Below are positions 9,191-18,600 of a stretch of DNA of 64,000 bases, in pieces. Location of the stretch: IMG/VR virus record IMGVR_UViG_3300028833_000074, positions 1-64,000 of that record; one strand, written 5' to 3'. Position 1 is the first letter of the stretch. Every line of letters starts with the position of its first letter. This stretch comes from a virus (lineage: Duplodnaviria > Caudoviricetes). The notes under the pieces were generated by a model, which had not been told where the DNA came from, ran no database searches, and saw only the letters and a program-made list of their open reading frames with translations. A program made the position numbers and the translations under genes.

Positions 9191-11026
9191 ATGGTTGAAT
9201 TAAAACCTTATGTTCATTGGAAGATAAACAATGATGTTGCCAATTATGATGATATAGATGCTAATTATTTATGGGCAACTATCGTAGAAACCAACAAAGG
9301 ACCAATTAACACTCCAGTTATTTGTGAATCCGCAGCACAAGTGTCAAGAATCTTCGGTGTTGATGTGAGAGCATATTTCGCACAAGGCGCTGATTATTTA
9401 GTTGTTGTAAGAGCAGCAGCAGAATCTCAAAATTCTAAATTTAGTTATTCTACTGTCAGTATTACAACCGCATCTGATTTTGTATACAAAAAAGTTATCC
9501 AACCACGTTACGTTAAAGAAGGCGCTGACAATGGACCTAAAAAGTATGCATTAGAAGGCACTACCAAAGTTCCAGTAAACAATATTGCTGGTTCATCTGT
9601 AAAATTCCAAGCATGTGATGCTACTACTGGTGTAATCCCAGAGCCAGAAGAAGACGCAACACCAAAAACATATGGATATAACGAAGTATATGACACTAAA
9701 GCAGAAGAACAAGTTACTATTCCGGCTGGAACTGCAGTAATTACAATTGATGCTAAATTCCCTGGTAATTATCCATTATCTCTTGTATTATATCAAAATT
9801 TAACCTCTAATGGATATAATATCACTTTAGAAGAAGAAAACAATGGATATGTATCTATTAACAATGCAACTGATTTAATTAACATTGTTAACAGAATTAA
9901 TGATGCAAACTTAAATGCATACGCATCTTTAACCGAAAAAGGTGCTGAAATTGCAGAGATTACACGTGCATCTCCAAAAATTGCTGATGCAGAATTTAAT
10001 AATGTCGCTATTGGTCAAATTTTAGCATTAAATGCAAATACCCCAAAATACGCAGTTGAACTTCAAGATGTTGAGGCTGGAGCATTCCAATTAGGTTCTA
10101 ATGGGGAATGGGATAATACAAACCAAAGAGTATCTGAAGATTATCGTGTAAAAGCACACAAAGAAGCACTTGAATCTTTAAGATTATTAAACATTGCTGG
10201 TATTGCTTGTTTATATGGTGAAGACACCATTCAAAGAGAATATCTCTTACATGGTAACGACCCATCCGACCCTTATGTTGGTATGAACAGTAATGTTGTA
10301 TGTAAATGGAGATATATCATTATCGGTGCTAACGATATTGATAGAGACTCTATTATTGCTTTAAAAGACAAAGCAGCATCTATTAACGACGAATATGTTT
10401 TATTCATGGGTCAAGGTTTAATTGATGGTAATACTGTTCTAAAACCATATGAATGTACTTTATATCTCGCTGGATTAAGAGCAAAATTACACTATGGAGA
10501 TTCCATTTTCGGTGGACAATCCAGAAAGGCTATCAAGCCAGTATCCACCAGATTAAGAATTGCACCTTTACTTGCTTATGAAGATGCTATCATATGGGAA
10601 CCTTTAACATACACCGAATTAAACGAAGCCGGTGTTTTAACCTTTACAACCGAATATGGACAATTAACCTTCACCGATGGTGTCACCACCAAACAAAGTG
10701 GTAGTGAAGAAGACGAAGAAGGTGTTGTAAACATTCTCAAATACATCCAACATGGTGTACAAAATATTTGTACCAGATACATTGGTAGAAATATTAACAG
10801 CGATTTACAAGCCGGATTAGAAATGAGTATTGCAACATTTTTAGAAGGCATGACTTCTGGCGACCAAACTTTAATTGCATTACCAGATGAAGGTATCCCA
10901 GCATATGAAGTTGAAGTGGTTATGAACCCAAGAAGCACTCAATTAGTAGGTAAAATTTACGTATATCTTAAAGTAACCCCAGTACATGCTTTAAGACAAG
11001 TCGAAGTCGAAATGACTGTACAATAA
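9191..11026 (+). CDS. Contractile tail sheath protein
   Basis: 611 aa. N-terminal 'KGPINTPVI...IFG...YFAQGADYLVVVRA', C-terminal 'ELNEAGV...DGVTT...YIGRNIN...VYLKVTPVHALRQVEVEMTV'. Confidence 0.92.
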   Translation: MVELKPYVHWKINNDVANYDDIDANYLWATIVETNKGPINTPVICESAAQVSRIFGVDVRAYFAQGADYLVVVRAAAESQNSKFSYSTVSITTASDFVYKKVIQPRYVKEGADNGPKKYALEGTTKVPVNNIAGSSVKFQACDATTGVIPEPEEDATPKTYGYNEVYDTKAEEQVTIPAGTAVITIDAKFPGNYPLSLVLYQNLTSNGYNITLEEENNGYVSINNATDLINIVNRINDANLNAYASLTEKGAEIAEITRASPKIADAEFNNVAIGQILALNANTPKYAVELQDVEAGAFQLGSNGEWDNTNQRVSEDYRVKAHKEALESLRLLNIAGIACLYGEDTIQREYLLHGNDPSDPYVGMNSNVVCKWRYIIIGANDIDRDSIIALKDKAASINDEYVLFMGQGLIDGNTVLKPYECTLYLAGLRAKLHYGDSIFGGQSRKAIKPVSTRLRIAPLLAYEDAIIWEPLTYTELNEAGVLTFTTEYGQLTFTDGVTTKQSGSEEDEEGVVNILKYIQHGVQNICTRYIGRNINSDLQAGLEMSIATFLEGMTSGDQTLIALPDEGIPAYEVEVVMNPRSTQLVGKIYVYLKVTPVHALRQVEVEMTVQ

Positions 11027-11042
11027 ATACAAGGTGATATGA

Positions 11043-11690
11043 ATGCCAAGCGCAGCAAATGGTGGACAAACAATCAATTTCTTTGAAACCGGTTATATTA
11101 TCATCGGTAACAAAAGATTTGATGTAGAAGAAATTTCTGTAAACGCTTCTCGTGATATGACCCCATACCACGTAGCAAGCCAACGTGACCCAATCGACCA
11201 AAGACCGGGCAAAAACAAAATTGAATTTTCCATGAAAAGAGCATTCTCCGATGCAATTTTAGGAAAAATGTATGATTCTTGTTGTGTATTTAGTTTATTA
11301 CTTATCAACAACGATAACCCACTCAAACCACAACAAATCATGTTATTAGAAGGATGCAGATTAACCCAAGATAACATCGGCCCAATTAATGGTTCCGATG
11401 TAGTATCTGAAGATTTATCTGGAGTAGCAAGACGTAGAGTTTGGAAAACTTGTTCTATTGCTAATGCATTAGACGAAACTTGTGACTTATCTTGTCCAGA
11501 TGACATTAAGACCGGCGCATTATATGCTGGTTCTTACGAAACCGAAGATTATGGAGCAGCATTTGCACCAAACACATTCGGACGTGACATACTCGAATCT
11601 GCAGACTCATATTCCAACACACCACGTGCAGATGCCGCAAGTGGTCCAAACCACAATTTAAGCCAAGGCACCGGTACAAGTGGACACTAA
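11043..11690 (+). CDS. Tail tube protein
   Basis: Immediately after the sheath. Beta-rich ~130-aa core ('RPGKNKIEFSMKR', 'LEGCRL', 'VVSEDLSG') plus a C-terminal extension. Confidence 0.75.
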   Translation: MPSAANGGQTINFFETGYIIIGNKRFDVEEISVNASRDMTPYHVASQRDPIDQRPGKNKIEFSMKRAFSDAILGKMYDSCCVFSLLLINNDNPLKPQQIMLLEGCRLTQDNIGPINGSDVVSEDLSGVARRRVWKTCSIANALDETCDLSCPDDIKTGALYAGSYETEDYGAAFAPNTFGRDILESADSYSNTPRADAASGPNHNLSQGTGTSGH

Positions 11691-11702
11691 ACACTAATTT
11701 AC

Positions 11703-11731
11703 AGCCCAACTTTTTGTTGGGCTTTTTTTTT
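11703..11731 (+). terminator. Hairpin + oligo-T terminator after the head/tail operon
   Basis: AGCCCAAC-TTTTT-GTTGGGCT followed by a T-tract. Confidence 0.85.
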
Positions 11732-11747
11732 CGTTCTTTTTTTATTA

Positions 11748-11762
11748 TTTATATGTTTTAGA
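11748..11762 (+). promoter_or_regulatory. Late promoter motif, copy 2 (TTTATATGTTTTAGA)
   Basis: Matches the shared 15-bp motif. Lies right after a terminator and ~40 nt before the GAGGT RBS/ATG of the TAC gene. Confidence 0.6.
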
Positions 11763-11802
11763 AATTACACTAATATTATAAAATATAATTGAGGTTTAAA
11801 TT

Positions 11803-12354
11803 ATGGCAAAAGAAAAAAAAATTTTTGGTGCTGACGTAGAAGAGGCAAAACCAAAACAAGACGAAAGCAACGTAGAAGGTATGCATGAAATCAATGCAAC
11901 CTCTGGAGAAGACCTTATCGCACAATTAACTGCAGAAGCAGCGCAAAAATCCAAAACACGTAAAAAGAAAAAAATAAGCGAATATAAAGCGGTAAGAGCA
12001 ACAAGAGAAGCACTTTTTAACAGATTAGGTAAAACCATTGACGTGCCAATTATCATGGATAATGAAGAAGTCATGGTATTTACTGTCAAAAGATTATCTG
12101 AAGCAGAAAATTCAGAAATTATTGACCGCCAATTAGCGATAAAAGACATCAGAGATATGACTGCTGATGAATTAGAAGAATCCAATAATTACAATTACAG
12201 ATTACTTGAAAAAGTAGTAGTCGAACCAAAATTAAGTCAACAAGAATGGAGGCTCAATGTGGATACCGCACTTGTCCAAAAAGTAGTGGAACAAGTGATG
12301 AAGGTACTTACCAACATTGATGATTCTGAAATATTTTCTGAATTTCAAAATTAG
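11803..12354 (+). CDS. Tail assembly chaperone (TAC, gpG-like)
   Basis: Between the tube and tape measure. 'FTVKRLSEAE...LLEKVVVEPKLS' is a chaperone pattern. Confidence 0.75.
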   Translation: MAKEKKIFGADVEEAKPKQDESNVEGMHEINATSGEDLIAQLTAEAAQKSKTRKKKKISEYKAVRATREALFNRLGKTIDVPIIMDNEEVMVFTVKRLSEAENSEIIDRQLAIKDIRDMTADELEESNNYNYRLLEKVVVEPKLSQQEWRLNVDTALVQKVVEQVMKVLTNIDDSEIFSEFQN

Positions 12355-12535
12355 TCTTGAAAAATCACCAGAGTTACAATTAGATTTCTTATTATGCGAA
12401 TTTTTACAGAAAACGCCCGGAGAAATCATGGAACTCGAAAAACAAGGGTTATTAACATTCGAGCAAAAATGCTTTTTACAAGCCGGCATTATTTGGAAAC
12501 TCGAAAATCACATAGGTGGTTGCCCATTATTTTAA
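12344..12535 (+). CDS. TAC extension (gpGT-like), probably produced by a +1 frameshift
   Basis: The +1 frame overlaps the TAC end. 'LCEFLQKTPGEIMEL..LTFEQKCFL' is a typical gpT-like helical segment. Confidence 0.65.
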   Translation, partial: FKISLEKSPELQLDFLLCEFLQKTPGEIMELEKQGLLTFEQKCFLQAGIIWKLENHIGGCPLF

Positions 12536-12553
12536 TAATCATTTCGCTACTTT

Positions 12554-12591
12554 AGGAGAGTAATTATTTATAGTTGCTCTCCTTTTTTTTT
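12554..12591 (+). terminator. Hairpin + oligo-T terminator/attenuator before the tape measure gene
   Basis: AGGAGAGTAATTA-TTTA-TAGTTGCTCTCCT (13 bp with two G-U pairs) followed by a T-run. Confidence 0.7.
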
Positions 12592-12627
12592 ATACATAAA
12601 CCCAATATAACACAGAAGGAAGTAATA

Positions 12628-15600
12628 ATGTCAAATTTTTCAACTATCACAACAGCAGATGACTACGTCAATTACGTATTTCAGATAAGTACAAGAGGTG
12701 TGTCTGAAGCAACATCAGAACTGGTTGGTGTTGGACATACCATTCAAAACGTATTAGGTAACTTGGCGTTTAAAACAGCAGAATACTTAACGCACACCGA
12801 AACATTAGCAATGAGTTTTGGATTAGCAGCAGCAGCATCCTTCACTCACGCAACAAAAAGCGCAATAGCATTTCAACAAGCAACAGCATCTGTAGAAGCA
12901 ATTAGTGGTCAACAATTAAGTGGTAGTTATATTGGGGAAAGAGCAATGGCCATGTCCAATCAATTCGGACTGGCTGTTAGCGACATGACACAAGGTTTAG
13001 AGGCTTTAGCGAGAGCCGGTATTACTGCAGAAAGTAGTTTAAATCAACTATTACAATCTGGAGTACAAATGTCTAAATTTGAAGGCAGAGACCTTGAAGA
13101 ATCAATCAATGATATATTATCTACAACCAACTTATTGAACCCAGATGTAGATATGAATAGTCCAGAATATGCACAAATTGTAGCAGACTTAAACCAACGT
13201 ATCATATCCACTTCCGAATCTGCACCAATCAATGCAAAAAACATTATGGATACAATTCAACACGTAGGTGGATACGCATCTGCGGCTAATTTAGACCAAG
13301 AAGACTTATTTGCAACTATTGCACAATTAGGGGCAAAAGGTACACGTGGTGAATTAGCCGGTACAGCATTAAGAGCATTCGTATCTGCTGGACAAAAAGA
13401 TACAGCACAAAGAGCATTAGCACGTATTGGATTAGATGTATCAGATTTATGGGATGAAAGTGGCGAAGCAATGCTACCTATTTCAGAAATGAAAAGGGTA
13501 TTAGATGATGCACTTACCGCTAATGGATATTCAGCACAACAAAGACTTGAATTTTATTCTGATTTTGTAGGGTATAAACAAGCAAACCAAATCATGAAGA
13601 TTGACCCATCTTCTATTGATACTTATAAAGATAAAATCGACCATGCAATGAGCGTGACCGATAAAATGAACATTATTTTAGGTACTGTACAAGGTACTTG
13701 GTCACAAATTTCTAATACTGTTTCTAATTTTATGACAAAAGTTGGTGGCGTATTATTACCAGTCATTCATGCATTATTAGTTCCAATTAAGTTTATAGTA
13801 CAAGCAATTGATGCTATTCCATTTGGACATGTGCCAGTTGCAGCCGGATTGCTATTAGTGTCCTTTAAAGGTATTGCTGTTGCGATAAATAATATTATTC
13901 CTACTATTGCGAGTTTTATGCTTAATATGGATAGAACACAAGAAAATGCAAAAGGAATAAGTGGTTTTGTTAAAGAGACTGTTAGAGACCTTAAGCAAGC
14001 AAAAGACATTCTTTTATCAGTTAGAAATCCAGAGGCTATGGCTCAACATGTTAGAGAAAGAACTATTAAAAGTACTAACAAAAGAATGCAAAAAGACCTT
14101 GAAAGTGCTGCAATTGAAGAAATTTTACGTCAACAAATGGGGGTTAAAGAAGACGAAAATGGTATGAAGGATTATGTATGGAATACGCTATCAGACCAAG
14201 AAAAAACATATTATATGGAGATAAAGCGCCCAGACCAATCTGCAATTGATGCCGAAGTTGAATCCATTATGAAATATTATAATCTTCGATATCGTGCATT
14301 TTTAGACGCTGTTCATAAACAAGACCCACAAGGATATGTTGGAGATGAAGAAGGTAATTTACAACCTATTCCAGCATGGGCGCCACCTATGAAGGGATGG
14401 ACCGGTATTGAAACAATTGGTATGGATTGGGCATGGCTGGAAAAAACATTAAATGATATTGCAGAATCTCTTCATAACCAAAACAATAATCATGACCCAT
14501 GGAGAGAGCCTTTTGGTGGTAATCGTCCACCAAGTGGTGGTACTGCGTCTGGTGGTAGTTCATCAACTTCTGGAGGTAGTTCTCGCAGAAGTTCATCAAG
14601 TGGTAGTAGTTCAACAAGCGGTGGCAGTTCATCAAGTGATAGTAGTTCATCACGTAGCAGTTCATCAAGTGGTAGTAGTTCATCAAGTAGTGGTGCGTCA
14701 AGTAGTAATAGGTCATCAAGTAGTAGTTCATCAAGTGGTGGCTCATCAAGTAGTGGTTCACCAAGTAGTAATAGGTCATCAAGCGGTGGCAGTACATCAA
14801 GCAGTAGTGGTTCATCAAGCCGACGTGAACATAGCGAAGAAATTGTTAATGTTTTAACAAGTACATTTAATTTGAATGCAAAGATTTATAATAAACTTGA
14901 TACTATTTTATCTACGCTTATTGAGTGTTGTGGTCGTAAGGCTGAAAAAGTGTCTCAAGCCTCTAATAATCCATCACAAATACCATCTAATACTCATACT
15001 GCTGAAAATACACGTAAATCTTCTGGCACTAAAAGTGGTAGTAAATCATCCGGCACTAAAGGTAGTAGTAAATCATCTGGTACTAAAAGTAGTAGAAAAT
15101 CATCCGGTACTAAAAGTAGTGGTAAATCATCCGGTGCTAAAGGTGGTAGAAAATCATCTGGTACTAAAAGTAGCAGCAAACCATCATCACCTAAAGCAGA
15201 ACAACCATCTTTTAGTCAAGGTACAACACCACCTAAACAAGATATACCAGATTTTAATAAACAAGCCCAAGAATTATTAGCAAGCGCTATTATGAATGCA
15301 CATACTGAAGGACTTGGACACATGTCTTCCAAGGACCTTAACAAAGCATTAACTCCGGATAAAATTCGTAATATTAGTCCAGAAAAAATTAATGAGGCTA
15401 TTGCTGGATATAATAAACCAGTTAAAGGTAAAGACCGCCCATATCCAATTAAATCTATTTCTAAAAATACTCCTATAGAAAAAATGGAGGAAAAGAAAAG
15501 TCAAGCTCTTAAAGAATTATATGACCGGGCCAAAGGAAAAGGTGGAGACCCATACTTTAAACAAGCCGGTCGACAAGCAAATCAAACATTCCAATTAGAA

Positions 15601-18600
15601 GACGAAAAAGGCAACCCTAAATATTATAAAGTTAAGCCTCGACTTGCCGGAACCGAAAAAGGTTCCGAACAATTAGCCGCTGATATACGTGAAAAATATA
15701 AAGGCGATGACGAAGATTTTTATAATATGATTAAACGTCAACCTTGGGCATCTGGTGCTGAAAATCAAAGTACAATGGGTGGAACTACACAGCCATCACA
15801 ATCTAATAATGCAAATATCAATGATAATATCCCAAGTATGACTGAAGATGAAGAAGTATATGTAGATACAGATGCCACACTTACAGTTGATGGGCAAAAT
15901 CAAGAAAAAAGACAAGAGACAAAAGCCATGGATGTTAATGTTAGTGGTGGCTCTGGTGCATCAGTAAATAATACATCTTCTTTCAATCCAAGCACAAATA
16001 TTGCCCCTAATACAAACACCAATATTAACGCCAATGCAAATGCAAATGCTGGTGCTAATACTCAACCATCTACATCTGCAGTACAAACAACATTTAATGT
16101 CAATACACAAAACAATATGCATGATGCAACTTCTTCAGAAAACTCACAAAAAATATTATCCGGTGCTTTAGGACAAGGTAGTCCTTTATCCAACACATCA
16201 CAAACAACATTAAGTGCATTTACAAATGGAGAAGAAGAAATAGAAGACAATATCAATGTTGACGCTACCACACATATTACAACACCTTCAGAATCAGAAA
16301 ATGAAAATACAAATAATGCAAATATGAATATCCATGTAAGTGGTAGTACTGGCGGTAAAGGTGGTAGTTCTGGTGGTAATAACTCATCAATGGTTATCAA
16401 CAATAATGTTTCTCCAAATATCACTACACAAATGCAAATGCAAAAGTTAGACGAAGGTACTGCATCATCACCAACTAATGATATTAATGTCAACATGAAT
16501 ATGCAAAATACTGCTAACAATTCTACATCTTTTAACAATTCACAATCATTAATGAATAATGTTGATAATCAATCTACATTAGATGATTTCCAATCTTCAA
16601 AACCTTTATTAGATTTAGGATTATCAGAAGGTGGCGAAGAAGAAATGGAAATTGATATGTCAGATGAAATTATCCTACCAAATTTAACTAACGAATCATC
16701 TGTTGACAGTAGTAGTGGTGGTAGTAGTTCTCTTACATTTGACATAGGCGGCGGCAATGCCGGTACAAATCACAATACAGTTGTAAATAATAATATTAAT
16801 GTATCTACTCCTTCATTAGACGCATCTACACCAACACTTGATAATTTTATGTCTAATGCACCAATGACACCAGCATTACAACAAGCAGTTAGACCACCAG
16901 CATCCATACCAACACCTACCAAACAAACAACATTAACTGGCGGTGCGAACACACCGGCTAACAATATGAATATTACAATGCAAGATAATATTGATAATGC
17001 ATCTGCAATGAGTGGCGTAGATGTAGGTGGTGGTGCTGCTGTTGCACCATCTGCTGGTAGTTCATTAAACCTTGGTGGCGGTATGGAATTGGATACCGGT
17101 GGCGAAGAAGATATATATTTAGATACATCAGCAGTAGTTGATTTAGACCCTTCATTTTTAAAAGGCACTACACAGCAAGGTGGAAGACCAAGAGGTAATT
17201 TTACACTCAACATGCAACCCGATAAAGGTAGTAGTCGCTCAAATTTAGCAAAAGTAGGTTCTCGTGGACGTAGAGGTGGATTTGTTCGACCTTCTGGTCG
17301 TTCATTACGTAGTTCTTCTCCATTACGTTCTCCATCAAGTCGTATGGCACGTACACCTAATATTAATACACCATCAGTTGGTAATTTTGCTGGTAATATA
17401 CCACAAATACCAAATACAAATACCACTTCTGGACCACAAGGAAGTGATGCAAATAACTCTGCTAAAATTAGCATCGATATGTCAAGTGGACAAGGAACAA
17501 CCAATAGTACCATGGAACATATTGTACGTGTTGCTGATAATAACGCTTCTGATAATAATCTTATTGGTACACAAAATGCTCAAAATGCTTTAAGTGGACA
17601 ACCGACAAAAAAACCCCTTGAAGTCATTAGTAGCACAACACAAGGTTTAGAAGACTCAAGTGAAACAACATCTGCTGAATCTGAAGAAGAAATTGAAGTT
17701 GAAGTTGAAGATACTGGTGATTTATTATTACAACCTAATTTTAATCTGGCTGTTGGTATTGATGGTGTGTCATCACCAGAATCAAAAAATACCAATAAAC
17801 GTTTGTCTTGCTGTGATTTAATTTTACGTGCATTAGATAAAATTATTAATTTATTATCATCAACACAAACAACATTAACGTCATCATTTGAAGAAATAAC
17901 AAAACCATTAACTACAATGGCTGAAGGTGTTAAAACACAACAAACTGTTTCAGAAAGCCAACATAAAGAAACTGATGAAGAGCGTCAAGCACGTTATGCG
18001 CAAGAAAATCAAAAAATTATGAGTGGTTTGCATGGTGCCGCTCAAGAAAATGTTGAAGAATGGGAAAAGAAACGTGCTGAACGAAAACGTCGTATTTTCA
18101 ATAGTATAGAAAACCAAGAAATCATGAGTGGCTTGCAATATTCTACACAATACGAAGCCGAGAAAGAGGCAGCGGCCCGAAAACAACGTATGATTGATGA
18201 TAATAAGACAATGTTTAAGGGTTTATGGAATGCAGCACAAGAAAACTATCAAACTACACCAGAATATATAAGAGAACAAGAAATACGTGAATCTTATGCT
18301 CGTGCTGGCGATGCATATCGTGGTAGTATATTTGGTAGAATTGGAAGTCGTATTTCTGATGCATTTACTCAAGATAACCTTAAAGATGCTAAAGGCAAAG
18401 TTAATTCCGGAAAAAAATCTTTAATAGATAAATTAGATGCAAAACTTGGACCAAAATTAAAAGATGGAGATAAAGAACTTGACATTCATCGTGAAATTTT
18501 CGGGGAAAAAGGTCGTGAAGCACAAGAGAAAATGAATGCCGCTTCTGGTATCGCTAAAGATTTAGGTTTAGATAGAACCGCAGAAGTAATTGATTTCGGT

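Noticed and set aside
14387-15280. Repetitive alternative-frame ORFs (VVVHQ / MNYY)
   Set aside because: They are by-products of the Ser/Gly repeats in the tape measure.
16062-17513. Long minus-strand ORFs (158 and 247 aa), and 23325-24029 (234 aa)
   Set aside because: They are antisense shadows of low-complexity or biased + strand genes, with no RBS or recognisable motifs.
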